DNA from: Sminthopsis crassicaudata
Taxonomy: Eukaryota
Direction of reading: 5' to 3'
NCBI RefSeq assembly: GCF_048593235.1
Contig: NC_133623.1
Coordinates: 14,934,211 to 14,998,210, forward strand
Length of the DNA: 64,000 nucleotides
Of this stretch, positions 48,745 through 61,800 are shown one piece after another. The notes under the pieces are model-generated. The model made no database searches. It was not told the DNA's origin and worked only from the letters and a program-made list of their open reading frames with translations. Within the stretch, counting starts at the first letter, position 1, and each line of letters begins with the position of its first letter. Made by a program: the position numbers and the translations under genes.

Positions 48745-49258
48745 AAAATAATAATACATTCTTCTTTTCCAAAATACATGCAAAGATAGTTTTCAATATT
48801 CATCCTTACAAAACCTTGTGTTCCAAATTTTCTCCCTCCCTCCCAGCTTCTCTCTCCCCTAGACACCAAGTATTTCAGTATAGGTTAAACATGTGCTGTT
48901 CTTGTAAATATATTTCCACTTTTATCATGCTGCCCAAGAAAAATCATATCAAAAGGGAAAAAAGAATAAGAAAAAAAAAAACAAGCAAGCAAACAACAAT
49001 AGCAACAAAATCAACAAGTTTTAAATATTATGTCGTGATCCACACTCAATCCCCAGAGTCCTCTCTCTGGATACAGATAGCTCTCTCCATCCCAAGTCTA
49101 CTGGAACTGCCCTGAATCAGCTCATTGTTGAAAAGAGTCAAGTCCATCACAGTTGACCATCACATAATCTTGCTGTTGCCATGTACAATGATCTCCTGGT
49201 TCTGCACACTTCACTGAGCATCAGTTCATGTAAGTCTCTCCAGGCCTCTCTGAAGTAA
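48745..49258 (-). mobile_element. 5'-truncated L1 3' end (different subfamily)
   Basis: 'aaaccttgtgttccaaattttctccctccct', 'gatccacactcaatccccagagtcctctctctgg', 'catcagttcatgtaagtctctccaggcctctctgaa'. Confidence 0.85.
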
Positions 49259-49261
49259 CCT

Positions 49262-50800
49262 GCATCTTAAATGAAGAAAGGAACTCTCTGAGGCAGAGGT
49301 AAAGAAAAAGTGCATTCCAGGCTTGTTCAAGATGGGAAATGGAATGTCAGGTATGAGGAATAGAGAAAAAATTTGTCTGGCTGGCTAGATTTCAGAGTGT
49401 GGAAGAGCCAGTGCTATCCAGGAAGGCTAGAAAGATCGACTTGGACCAAATTATATAGGGTTTCGCGAACTAAATCAAGGAATTTATATTTTAAACTAGA
49501 TGAAATAGGAAATTACCAGCAAGAATATGTTGAAGAAATAAAAAGACAGGCTCAAAACAGACCTTTTGAGAACTACCTGCTTTAGGATCAGATAAAAAAA
49601 TGAATAGTTCTGAACTAAATAAATAGCATGGTTAAAGAGGAAGAATGAGAATCAGCAAAGCATGATGTACCTAAAGCCTGGGAAGAAGAGCATTTAGAAA
49701 GAGGGAATTTTCAGCCATACCAAAAGCTCTATAAACATTAAAGAGTGTGAGGATTCAGAAAACCCATTGTATTTGATGATTAGGTGGTCCTTGGTGACCT
49801 TTGAGAGAGCAGTTTCAGGAGAATAGTGGGAGTGGCAAGTCACATTGCAAAGGGCTGAGAAGGGAATACAGAGAAGAATTGAAGATATTTTGTACAGGCA
49901 GCTTTTTTAAAAAGGTCAGCAGTGAAGGGAAGAAGAGTGCTTGGTCAGGAACTATATGATTATTAAAAAGTTACAGAAAGTCTTTTTCTTTAAGTATTGG
50001 GTAGACCTGAGCTTATTTATAGGCAGAGGCAAAAAAGCAAATATAAATGGAGAGAGAAAAGATGTGAAGAGATGACTCTTGTAGAGAGGTTCTAAAGGAA
50101 GCAGAAACAAACTAGCTGAAAGGTATAGCTGGATGAATCTTGGTGAATAGTGGGAACATCCCTTCCTGGTTATGTTCTGTGTGGATCTCAGCTAGTGGAG
50201 TGCTTGAGTTGTGAAGGGAAAATGAGAAGTAAAGATTTAAAAGACATGCTAATTGGTATACTAAAGGCATATTGAGTATCTGCAAAGGTCCAGCTGAAAT
50301 TACATTATATGTAGTTGTAATATCTGCTTAATTTCGTGATTTCTTTCCCTTGACTCTTAGCATTTCTAGAGTGGGAGCCATGAAAGCATATGCTGGGTCT
50401 TGCCCAAGGATGAGAACTTACAAGTCAGGATATGGTTGGAGGTCAAGGGATCAATGAAACATTAATTAGCTGAACATGGGGTGCAGGATGCTTGTGAAGG
50501 CAAGTGACCTTCCTCTAGAGGAGACAGATTGGAAGGATAAGAATTAGTCAAGGAATTAAAAGTACCTTCAACATAATTGAAAATTGTAGGTATATGAAAA
50601 GACAGAATTTTGTAGTCAGAGCAATGGACTTTATTAGTTCTAGATTTTAGAGATGTAATAGTCCAAGAAATAGTAAGAGAGGGTAAGATATGATACAGTC
50701 AGATTGTAGCTGGAAGTTGGGTACAGAAGGAAGTTGAGAAATTGAGAAATCAGACTGTTAGGGGGATGGTAAAAATTACTATTGACATGTATAAGGAAGA
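49262..50800 (-). mobile_element. L2 relic
   Basis: 'gaggattcagaaaacccattgtatttgatgattaggtggtccttggtgacctttgagagagcagtttcag...gggagtggcaagtcacattgcaaagggctgagaa'. Confidence 0.65.
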
Positions 50801-51964
50801 TGAGTGGGAATGGGGTAGACAGGAAGACCCTGTGCCTACTTCAAAAGTTAAGTGAGAAAGCCGAGACAATGATAGCAAGAAGGATGAAGATAAGATCTTT
50901 TAGATGGTTTACATTTCTTAAATGAGAAGGGAAAATATTGAGTATTTGTGAAATGTTTTGAAAAGGGTATTGGGGAACAAGAAGTTCCTTTTCATGGCCC
51001 TCCCCCTGGAATGAACCCCAGTGGATGTCATTAGGGGTGGAGGTAGAAGGGATACAGTTGTCCAGAGTGTGTGAATACCAAAAAATGTAGTAGAGTTGGG
51101 CCAGAAGATGTGCAGATCTACTAAGGCTGGGTGAAGGACTGAAACTGGGGAGTCAAAACAGAGGTGTGCGTAATTGTAATCATGCACGATCCGTATCTTA
51201 TCCAAGTTTGTCTGCTGCAAAATTCACATCAGATTTAGGAGAAATGGCCCTGTGTAGCAGTTCTATGACATCTCTGGCCAAACGGACTTTTTGGTCTTGA
51301 AAACTCAATGGGGCTTCGAGACGTGTTCATATGGAAGATATTTTGAGCAGAACCTATCTCAGGCTCAACCTTGGTAGTTTATTTTTGATATTGGAATGAA
51401 ATGAGGTACGTGTAGGTTATTCAACAGTTAACAAAAGTTTTTACTTAACCTTAGCAGAAGAAGAATATTCAACAGGAATAGGTGGTGAGGATCCCCTGAA
51501 TTGACTCATATGAGTGAAGCTATCCTACCTGACTTGTTCATTGTGGTCCACCTACCAATCTCAGAAAGTACTTGCGCTTCCTCTTGGCCATATTTTTAAT
51601 CCCCTAACCTAATAAAGTCTCAAGGGTGGTTTCAATACCTGGTAAAGAAAAAGGAAAAAAAAAACCTAGCCTAAGCTGCATGTGGATGGGTGTTAACATA
51701 TTGTTACTAGCCCAAAGAGAAGGGCTGATTGAAAGGAAAGGCTTAACTGAAGTCTGGCCATTACAGGCATTTTGATGGACCTGTGATATTTACAGCCATT
51801 GCTTTCTAGGAAGGGAGGGATGGCTCAATGGAAAGCTTGATCAGTGATCTAATCTGGAACTGGGAAGAACCAGAGGAGCATGTTGATCATATTGCCACAT
51901 TGGTAGCCACAGGTCAAGGCCACTTATAATGGGCCAGCATCCTGAGTCTGTCTAAGTGGGTAGG

Positions 51965-52210
51965 TGGACAAGCAAGTGGTACACATAGCAGGTTGAAAGC
52001 TGGACCTGGAATTAGGAAGACCTCAGTTTAAATTTAGCCTCAGATACTAACTGTGTGACTCTTGGCAAGTCATTTTATCCTTTTAACCTCAGTTTCCTCA
52101 TCTGTAAAATGAGCTAAAGAAGGAAATGGCAAAGAGCTGCAGTATCTTTGCCAAGAAAACCCCAAATGAGGGTCCCAAAGAGTTAGTTAGAACTGAAATG
52201 GGTGAATAAT
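51965..52210 (+). mobile_element. MAR1-like SINE
   Basis: Head 'ggaattaggaagacctcagtttaaatttagcctcagatac', core 'cctcagtttcctcatctgtaaaatgag', RTE-type tail 'gaaggaaatggcaaa...cagtatctttgccaagaaaacccc'. Confidence 0.8.
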
Positions 52211-53918
52211 AAAAATCTGGCAGGTGTCAGAGGTATCACAGCATCTAGCAGACAACAACTTAAATTCAAAAACTTAGCTGAGATGGGAAAATGTGCAGTT
52301 GGAGCCAAGAGTACTGGGCAAGCCGATGTCAAGTTCAAGTGGATCCTAAGACAGAAGCTAAATTCTCTTTGCCTGAATTTATTCGCTGTGGTATATAGTT
52401 CCAATAAGGGCTTGCAGGTGTGTTCTTGTAGTCAGAGCCATACAGGTACACCTTTCTATGCAACAAGACGGGGCCAGAGTTACTAGACTTATCGGGATGT
52501 TCTGAACATTTTGCCACAGTGCTCAGTCATGCTATCTTGCTCCTAGAAATCATGTTGCTGCAGTTTGAAAAAACATCTCAGAGAGTAGGCTCCTCCAAAG
52601 CCGCACTAGGCATTCTCATACCCTCAGCAGATTCACTTGTGTGAAGGGTGGGTTGCGTAGGTGAAAATATAAAAATGGACAGTCGGTCTAGGAATGGGCT
52701 TCCACAGCTCCGAGAAATCTAAGCCTCACCTCTGAAAGGGTTGAAGATGAGAAGTCGGCCTCAGGAGAAATGGTCCCTGTAGGCAGATCCCTGAGAAGGG
52801 TGGACCAGTGGCGTCCCTGGGACGGCTCACTGAAGGTGGGGGATGCTTTCAGGGGTGGTGCAGGCTGGCATGGACTGGGCTTTGGAGAGGGAAGTCACTG
52901 TGGAGAAGAGGTGCTACTCCCCACAACTTTGCTCACCCCATTCTAGCTGGAGCACTGAGCTGCTTCCAGCCGACTCCCTGCCTAGTCAGCTGAGAAGCTC
53001 CTGGACCTACTGGGATATTCTGTGGGAGCTTTCAGCCGGAAAACTGGGCAACCTCACAAAAGCCTGGATGGTTGCTTCTCTTTTCAGCCTTTGGAATGGC
53101 TTACCATGTATTTTCTGAAGCTTGAGGGGCACAAAGAAGCTCACCCCTTTCTGTGCTGGTTTATGTGTCCAGTTCCATTTTCAAGAATCTGGCAGGCAGA
53201 CATTGCCTTTTATACTTGGCATTACACGTATAGCTCTTGACTCAATATTCTTACCTATTTTTCTGAATAATGTAGTCAGCTGACAATTCCTTTCCACCAT
53301 CCCTTTATTTGTAGTGCTTAGTTGTACTGCAAAGTAGTTGCAAGGATTTTTCATATTAGTTATCCTTCACATGCTTCCTATATCAAGACCATTGGTACGG
53401 GGTGGGGGGGGGGAGCAGTAACTTTATTATTTAAGGCTTTTTTGTTACACTGGATGTTTAATCTTGCAATTCACAGTGAAGGTGGAAAGGCCAATGCTAT
53501 TACCACAAACTGAGAGGCAGGGACTGTGCGGGGCTGTTTTTACAAATTCATTTATGAAAAGCAAGCTTTGGAATCATGCAGCATAATAATAAGGTCCCAA
53601 ACAAAGCCTTCCCCAGCATTCTTATCTGTTCCATGGATGCATTACAAGCCACATGCAGATTTTGCAAAAAATAGGAAACATAATTTTGTGCATATTATGT
53701 TAACACAATGTGTAAAAATAATTATAAAAAAGGGGGTCTCACTGAGATCATCATCAAGTACAGTTTCTTTTGGTATTCACATTTTGCCACCCTGCTGACT
53801 TGTAGCTGCTTTAGTTTTCAGTACCCCTGTCAAGAAGTACCTCATTATGCAGGTTTCAAACACAGGAACGAAATGAGATGTATTATTTAGTAGGTATTGT
53901 TGGGTGCCTCTGTGCCAC

Positions 53919-53921
<3 letters not shown>

Positions 53922-53962
<41 letters not shown>
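53922..53962. repeat. (TG)n microsatellite
   Basis: Seen directly. Confidence 0.95.
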
Positions 53963-53965
<3 letters not shown>

Positions 53966-54769
53966 AGGCAGAGCTGGAAATGAGGAGCTCTCTAGGATTC
54001 CTAGGCAGTTTACATGCTGCCAAGTGAAAGACAACATGTAATGGAAAATCTTTCTGATTGCCAGTGATTTAAAGTTCATTTCTTTGATTTTTGACATACT
54101 TGAGGGGACATGGGAAAGGATCAATCCTCTATGAATCCATAAGGACATGTTTTTCAGCTTAGGTGGTAAGGAATTCCAATAAGGCTGCAGGAGGCCTTGC
54201 TGAGGCAGTAGGCAATGTAGAGCCAACGTCCAGGTCAAAATGGGGCAGGTAAGAATTGAGGGCATGGAGATGGAGCAGTGTTAATTTCTGTGATCTAGCA
54301 GGAAGCAGCAGGAACTGAGAAGGCACTTATTCTTCCTTCTCTGTGCTCTGAACTAAACACAGCAGGGTTGGTTTAGGATACAGAGGAGAAACACGAATTA
54401 AAAATTGGCAGCTGTATTCCCTGCCCTACCTCACCAGTTTATGTGGAACAGGGTGGCTTAACTTAAAGTGGGGTGATCCGCAATAGCTCCTTTTCCCTGC
54501 TAGTATTCTGATTTATTTCTTTTTTCCAATCCCCCTTAACAACCCTGGTTTGGTTTTTTTCTCTCCTTTTACTAAGGATACAGTATCACATATTTTCTAT
54601 TGCTATAGGATTCTCAGAATTCATGGTTGGGAAAGCAAAGAGAGCAAAGGACAGAGGGAGAAAAGTCTCCTGGCCAGGATTTAGTGAGACAGAGAGCGTT
54701 TCTGTGGTAGTTTAATACTTGCTAAGAGCTTTCTCTGCATTATTCAGTCAGTGGGGGGGGACAGTGAAA

Positions 54770-54925
54770 CAGGAACTGACTCTGGAGCCAAAGGACAGGA
54801 ATTCGAGCTTGCCTCGGATGCCGCCTCTGTGATCTTAGGCAAGTCATTCACCTCCCTGGGCCAGCTTCCTCATCTCTCATGATAACTGTTTGGGTCCCTT
54901 CCATCTCTTAGCTCTATGAGCCTAT
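54770..54925 (+). mobile_element. MIR3-like SINE
   Basis: 'gtgatcttaggcaagtcattcacctccctgggccagcttcctcatct...ggtcccttccatctcttagctctatga'. Confidence 0.55.
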
Positions 54926-54949
54926 GATCTCATTTACTCCTCTATACAT

Positions 54950-55105
54950 CCCTGGAGTCATTAACAACCTCATTTTACAGATGAGGAATCTGGGCTCCCA
55001 GAGATTAGATGGCATGTCCATGATAATATTTCAGTAAGGAAATATCTGAAGTGGGATTTGATGATTCCAAGTGTAGCACTCTACCCACTAGACCACATTG
55101 CCTCA
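54950..55105 (-). mobile_element. MIR3-like SINE
   Basis: 'aacctcattttacagatgaggaatctggg...gtgggatttga...gcactctacccactagaccacattgcctc'. Confidence 0.55.
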
Positions 55106-56010
55106 AGGTAGCTTTTCTGAAGCTAAAGCTTTGCTTTGGACTACATTCTCCTCCCTTCAACTTTCACCCATTGGTCTAAAGTCATCTGCCTCCTCTCCTG
55201 CGAACAAGCCAAAGGAAATGAAATCTGTTCAAATATTTAAAGACTAAGCCCATCTGACCCATTCAAAGTCTTCTCTTCTTCCGCCTAAACATCCCCACTT
55301 CTTTCTAGTCTTTTGTCCAGAGTACAGAGATATGCTTCCCTACCACAGAAGGTTCCCCAGCCATTACTTGCCTTATGAATCAGTGCTTTCTGTAAGAGAT
55401 GCTGCTGAGAAGCCCTCCTCTCATAAATATAGCCGTTAATTCCACTTTAGTAAATATGAATCGATTCACAAAGTCTTGGAACATAGGAAAACAAATCATA
55501 AAATTATAGTCCAATATGTTTATTAACTATTGGTTAGCATTAAAATTGTTTACTTCTCCCTTTCCATCCATCCATGCACAAAATCACGTTATTTATTAAT
55601 TGGATCTCAACTGACCAGACACTCTTGTGTCCACCAGTGACAAGATTATGTTAGCAGAACTAGGGTCTTATAGCACTTTTAAGGAATAATTGTTTTTTTT
55701 TTTTAAACATAGTTAGATAACTGGCATAGAAAATCCTCTTCATACAGTTAAAATTCCATTTGTTCTCCACATTAGTCATTCCATCTCCTCCCTCCGTGCC
55801 TTTGTGAAGGCTGCCCTCCATACTCGGAATGCATTGGCTCATGCTATTTTTGTGGCCTTTAATGGTTAGATCGTGGTGTCTAGATTCCTAAGGTTCACCT
55901 GAAAGATCTTGAATTCCAGTTTCCTTAGCTTAGAAGCTCCCTCAGATTCAAGCTATTCAGTGGCTCTGCATCCACTCAAAATGCCAGCTCCTGGCTCTAA
56001 AGTTAATGTC

Positions 56011-56146
56011 NNNNNNNNNNNNNNNNNNNNNNNNNNNNNNNNNNNNNNNNNNNNNNNNNNNNNNNNNNNNNNNNNNNNNNNNNNNNNNNNNNNNNNNNNN
56101 NNNNNNNNNNNNNNNNNNNNNNNNNNNNNNNNNNNNNNNNNNNNNN
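56011..56146. other. Assembly gap (N run)
   Basis: Seen directly. Confidence 1.
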
Positions 56147-56499
56147 ATAGAGCTAGGAAGAAGCATGGTTGCTTCTCCCCAAGGCTCAATTGCCCTAGCC
56201 TCATAGTTTTCCTGATGCCATAGTATTTTCTGACTCTCCTCATCCCTCACTAAGTTGAAAACAATCTCCCCTTCCTCCCATTTCTTGTATACTATCCCTA
56301 CAACTTCCCATTCTTTCTTTGTAAATATTTAATTATTTGTTAGCTCCAATTTCCCATCTTCCATTTCATTTGGAAGGTAGCCTTCTATCTCCAACACCTA
56401 GCACAGTGGTGAGTTGAAATGAAGTGATAATGGATAGATTGATGTAGAAACTATTTTCTATAAACCCATCAGGAACATATGGAATCAAAAAGTGGAGTA

Positions 56500-56645
56500 G
56501 ACCAAGTTAAATCCATTAGAAACCAGTAAGTACTTAGTAATCATGCACTTGAAGAAACTATATTAGGAACTAGTGATACAAAAGCAAAATGAAAAATAAT
56601 GTCTGTCCTCAAGGAGCTTTTATTTTCCTGGAGACATACCATGAA

Positions 56646-56686
<41 letters not shown>

Positions 56687-57560
56687 ACACTCACATACAT
56701 CTATTTGATAGATATTCATTGTCCTTTCAGGAGGAGGGTGAGGAAATTAAGAACTAAAGAAATGAAGACAGGTATAAAGTGAGCCGTGGAAGAAGCTCTG
56801 GATTTGAAAAGACAGAGATGAGGAGGGAATGCATTCTGCATATGAGTGGTTGCTTGTGCAAAGGCATGCAGATTGCAGATGGAGTGCTAAGTTTAAAAAA
56901 AGCAACAAAGCGAGTAGGCCTGTTAAGTTCAAACATCTCACACACCAAGGGGAGTAATATGCAGTAAATCTGGACAGATAGGCTCTACGCAGATTGTGAA
57001 AGGCTTTAAATGCTAAAGGAGAAGCTTGTATTTTATCTTAGAGGCAACAGTAAGGCACTAAAGGTGAATGAGCTGGAGGGATGCGGGACATGGTCTGAGT
57101 GCTTAAGAAAGACTGTTGCCATCTGAAGAGGATAGATTGGGAATGAGAAAATGGAAAGTTTAAGTCCCTTTACAAGGCTGTTGCACTAGTCTAGGTAAGA
57201 AATAATGAGGGGCTGAAGGAAGGTAGTAGTCATATACATGGAAAAAAAAGAAGAATGGAAGAGGAATTGTGGACATAGGATCATTAAAATTGGCTCAGAG
57301 GGGGATTTAAGGGAAAGGAAACATTAAATTTATCTCCATGTTTGTGAACTGAAATAGCTGGAACAATGATGACACCCTTAATGGGAACAGGAAAATGGGA
57401 AAAAGAGGTATACTCAGTGGGGCAAGAGAATGAGTCCATTTTAGTCATGTTGAACTTGTGAAGGCAACAGGGTAACTAGTTGGAGGGGACCTCCAGGAAG
57501 GTAGTGATGTGATTCTAAAGCTAAGAAGAGAAACCAGAGCTGGATATATAAGTCTGGAAG
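56500..57560 (-). mobile_element. L2 relic containing an (AC)n microsatellite (56648-56684)
   Basis: 'tgtctgtcctcaaggagctttt', 'attgtgaaaggctttaaatgctaaagg...gcttgtattttatcttagaggcaac', 'gagtccattttagtcatgttgaacttg'. Confidence 0.7.
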
Positions 57561-57574
57561 ATAATACAAATATA

Positions 57575-57780
57575 CATTTAGGACTGGGAAAGGATCTTAG
57601 AAATCATCTAGTCTTAGAGCGTTAATGTAATGCCTTCATCTGTTCAGATGAGGAAACTGCATTCCTGAGAGCTTATACGACTTGCCCAAAGTCACAAAGT
57701 AAGTACCAATGCTAGGTTTTTTACCCATGTCCCTTAACTCCACATCTAGTACTGCTTCTACTGTACCATGCTGCCTCTAC
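57575..57780 (-). mobile_element. MIR3-like SINE
   Basis: 'ggactgggaaaggatcttagaaatcatctagtc...cagatgaggaaactg...gacttgcccaaagtcaca'. Confidence 0.6.
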
Positions 57781-58149
57781 CCCAGGTAGAGCAGCCATTA
57801 GGATCATCAAATGAGAGGATATAAAGACAGGAATAGAGAGCCTTGGGCCTAGACACAGATGATGAGCCATCCAAAAAAGAAGAAGGAGAAGGAGAAGACG
57901 ACAATGACGATATGACAGAGAAAGCATGCTCTGATAGTTAGGAAATAAATCTAGGAGAGAATAAAATGAAAACCTAGAAATGAGAACATCTTGAAGGAAC
58001 CCAGTGGTATACAGGAGTAAAATAGACTGTTTTGATACAGTCTCTGTATTGTTCTATTCCCCAATTATTCTCAGTATTGTGAAGCTTTTCCCTGTAAAAA
58101 TTATGGAAGAATCTGGATTTTGTTATTTACAAGATTAAAAGACATTAAT

Positions 58150-58825
58150 ATGTACATCTTCTAAACTGTCTAGATCAGATCTGAATACATAGCTCACTTT
58201 GGGATGCCACATTTTGGAAAAGGACATTGACTTTTTGCTTTGTATATATTCTTTATTTACTTATATGTAAATGTACTGTTTTGTTGTTGTTTTTTTTTTC
58301 TGTTGACTATAAGCCCCTTGAGGACTTTCCTACTTTTGTCTTTGTATCCTCAGTGCTTCACTTGGTACCTGGATCTTTTATAATGTTTACTGATTGACAA
58401 ACTCAGGAACTTCCAGAGGCAGACAGCCAAGATGATGAAGACTTTCAGGGTCATCCCATGTGAGGATCAGTTGAAGTAGATGGGAATGTTTATCCTGTAG
58501 AAGAAAAGACTCAGGTAACTGTCATTTGAAAGAAATTATTAGACTATTTATCACTACTTCTGCTCTCTGGATCTAAAGGTTAAAAGTTATAAAGTGGCAA
58601 ATATTAAGCTTGACATGTGGAAAAAACTTCTCTATAATTAGAGCTGTTACAAAGCAGAATGAGCTACTTGGGGAAGTAATGGGTTCCCCTTTACTAGAAA
58701 TTTTCAAGCAAAGGCTGACTATTTGTTGTAGGTAAGGTAAAAGATTCTTTTTTTCCAGCATAGGTTACTTTGGATAGCTACAGAGTTACCTTCTAGTTCG
58801 CAATATCTTTGATTCTGTGAATTAT
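58150..58825 (+). mobile_element. CR1/L3 3' fragment interrupted by an L2 3' end (~58280-58400)
   Basis: 'gggatgccacattttggaaaaggacattgac', 'catgtgaggatcagttgaag', 'gggaagtaatgggttcccctttactagaaattttcaagcaaaggctg'. Confidence 0.7.
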
Positions 58826-59329
58826 TAATAATCATTACCGATTTTTGGTGACATTTCTGCAAAACCACAAAAAATGAGCTTTTAAAAAAACCAAACAAGA
58901 TTAGCTGACATAGTCAACATCAATCTAACTATGACTTCGCCAGTCCTATTTGCTGCATTACATACAGAGACTCTCTTCAGACTTTTCCTTTGATATATAT
59001 AGCCTTCTTGGTACATACAGATACATCTATTATATATCACTAAGATTCTTGCCTAAGGGAATTACTTTCTTGCAACAACTCAATGAAGCAGAATTAAGCT
59101 TCTTGCTACCACCTAATCATGCAATGTAGAAATGACTTGTCTGAAACTGGCAGCAAATAAGCCATAGCTATGCGGTTAGAACTTTGCATTTGTGTATGTA
59201 TTTAGTGATATTCATTTTTTTCCACAAATGGCAGTTATATTATGAGAGGGTATTAAGACCTCTTCTCTGTTTAAAAAGCTGTCACCAATTTCTCTGATAA
59301 ATTCCTTACTCTTTGTATGATCATTTTAA

Positions 59330-61560
59330 AAGCATAGATATTAACTGCTTTTTAAATGTTTTATAAAATTCACTTATAAATCCATCTTTGTCAGGAATTT
59401 TTGCTTTGGAAATTGATTTATAACCTGCTGTGTTTCTTTTTTTCTTCTTCTGAAATTGGGTTGTTTAATATCTCTATTTTTTGTTTTGTTGTTTTGAGTA
59501 GTTCATATTTTGTCATATACTCTTCTTTTTTACTTTAAGTCCAGAGATTTGTTGGCATGTGATTGTGTATCATAGTTTCTAACATTTCTTTTCCTTCATT
59601 AATTTTTTTTTCATTTTTCATTTTGGTATTTTTTCCACTTTAAAAAAAATTAGGTCAGCTTTACCGGTGTTGATAGTCTTTAAAAAAAAAAGTTCTTACT
59701 TTGTTTATCAGCTGTATAGTCCTTTAATTTCAAATTTATCTGTTTCTCCTTTGATTTTTCAACATTTCCCATTCTGTAAGGTTTTTTAGCATGTTAATAA
59801 TGGTCTAGCATTTTAAATTGCATGATAAATTCATTAATTCCCTTTTTAATAGTTCTACATATAAGATTTCAGAAATACCAGTTATTTTCTGAGGATTGCT
59901 TTCAGGCGATTTCAATATAATTCTTTTTCCATGATTTATTTGACCTACTTACTCAAGATAATATTACATAGTCTCCTTATAAATATATATTTTGGACTCC
60001 TATGTATTTAATAATTACTTATCAAGTTCTGATCGTCTCTCAGTTGTAATCCTTCTCTGGGAGGACGTTTCTTTTCTCTGTGAATCTTTTTCTCTGTCCT
60101 CTTCACTTGCAAATCCAAGGGACATCTTCTCCTTGATCCAATCCAGAACTGACTTTCCAGACTCTAACTTCTTCTTTTATCCTCCCAGAGAATGGGCATG
60201 GAATAACTCAGGGTCTTGTGGGAGAAATATTTCAACCAATGAACTTGCTCCTCTTAAACATGTAAGCTCCTCCCCAGAAGTTCAAAAGGGTAAAACTCCC
60301 CTTAAAGGCCAGAACTAGAGAATTGTTAAGTACTGACTTAGCACTTAGTAAGAACCTAACAATTACTATTTTTATTTTGTTATATTTTATAACGTGTGTT
60401 TCTTTTTATTTTTTTTATTTGTTTATGGTTTCTTTATGCTCCAGCACATGATCTATGTTTATAAAGATACTACAAGATGCTGAATAATGTAATTTTCTTC
60501 CTTGTAGTACAATCTATGAATTCAAAGAATATGGACATTTTGGTCACTTTCCTAGTATAATTGTAATTTATCTTACAGGATGGTCATACCAAAATCTACT
60601 TCGACTAATAGTTGATTAGTATGCTTCCCTTTCTAAAACGCCATTAATACTGGCCTTCTCATCTTTTACTATATTTGTTAATTCATCTATAAGTTATTTT
60701 GATGTACAGTTCTCTTTTTAGTGATTTGGAACAGTCTTTCATGTCATGTGGTTTTTAATAGTTTATAATTCATCTTTTGAGAAGGGTGTGATTATAACCC
60801 CAGACTACTTATCTAGGGGGAGTAGATCTTGTTTTTATATATTTGTCTTAATTCCTTTTGTATTTTGGATATCTTACCCTAATAAGAGATATCTGATATA
60901 CTTATATTACCCAAATTGCTTTTTTTTCCTTCTAACAACAATCACAGTGATTTTGTTCATGCATATTTTAAATAATTTTTGATTCTTGTAATTAAGTTGT
61001 TTTTATCACAATTTCCTGCAACCTATATTTTAAGAATTATCTCCTTAAATATAATAATTCTTTTCTTAGTTAACTTTTCCCCAGCTTTCTATCCTTACTC
61101 TTTTACTCATGTAAGAGTAAAAAAATGAAAATATCCTATCTTTCTAATGTTACTAGGCCTAAACAGTGTTCTTCAGAACCCCAACCTCCTCTTTCTTCTG
61201 TGCTTCAGTAACTTCAACTACAAAATGAAGAAATTGGATGCAAGATTCTCCAAGATCTATATAGGCTCATAATTCTATAATTTAATAGGTTTTTACCTGA
61301 ATATTCAGCTATTTGATTTCTTCTTTTATTATTTTGTTGGTATTGACATTTAGAGATAGAAAATTTCCCACAAGGGTTGCTCTGGTTACATTCCATGTTT
61401 GGTAGGTCGTCTTCTTATTATCTTTCATGCCATCATCTATTATTTTCTCTGATTTATTCTATGATCCTCTCATTGTTTAGTTTAACATATTCAATCTTCA
61501 TTTAAATATGAATATTTTCTTCAAATTTCTCCCGTTGGTTATAAATTTTATTAAATTGCT
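59330..61560 (-). mobile_element. Very old L1-like fragments
   Basis: T-rich antisense with 'aaaattcacttataaatccatct', 'tttctctatttt...tttgagtagtt'; heavily decayed, boundaries uncertain. Confidence 0.4.
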
Positions 61561-61569
61561 CTCCCTAAT

Positions 61570-61697
61570 CAGTTGGTCAAAAAAAATTCATTAGGCACCT
61601 ATTTTGTCCTAGGCACTGTGCTAAACTCTAGGGATCCAAGAAGAAGTAAGACAGTCCTTGTCCTCAAGGAACTTACCATATAATGTGGAGAAAAATG

Positions 61698-61766
<69 letters not shown>

Positions 61767-61800
61767 AGCTATATACAAGATAAATAGGGTATGACAATTT
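61570..61800 (-). mobile_element. L2 3' end
   Basis: 'cattaggcacctattttgtcctaggcactgtgctaaactctaggga...cagtccttgtcctcaaggaacttac'. Confidence 0.65.
61701..61764. repeat. (AT)32 microsatellite
   Basis: Seen directly. Confidence 0.95.

Noticed and set aside
37692-49258. Four similar ~500-650-bp blocks as a tandem or segmental repeat system
   Set aside because: They are L1 3' ends, each with its own tail and (in three cases) a clear TSD.
53777-54265. 162-aa minus-strand ORF with THTHTH
   Set aside because: Extended by the (TG)n microsatellite; no domain.
54161-55400. Exon-like segments at 54161-54248 (donor GTAAGA) and 55321 onward
   Set aside because: Splice-like signals but no recognisable peptide or consistent multi-exon chain; expected by chance.
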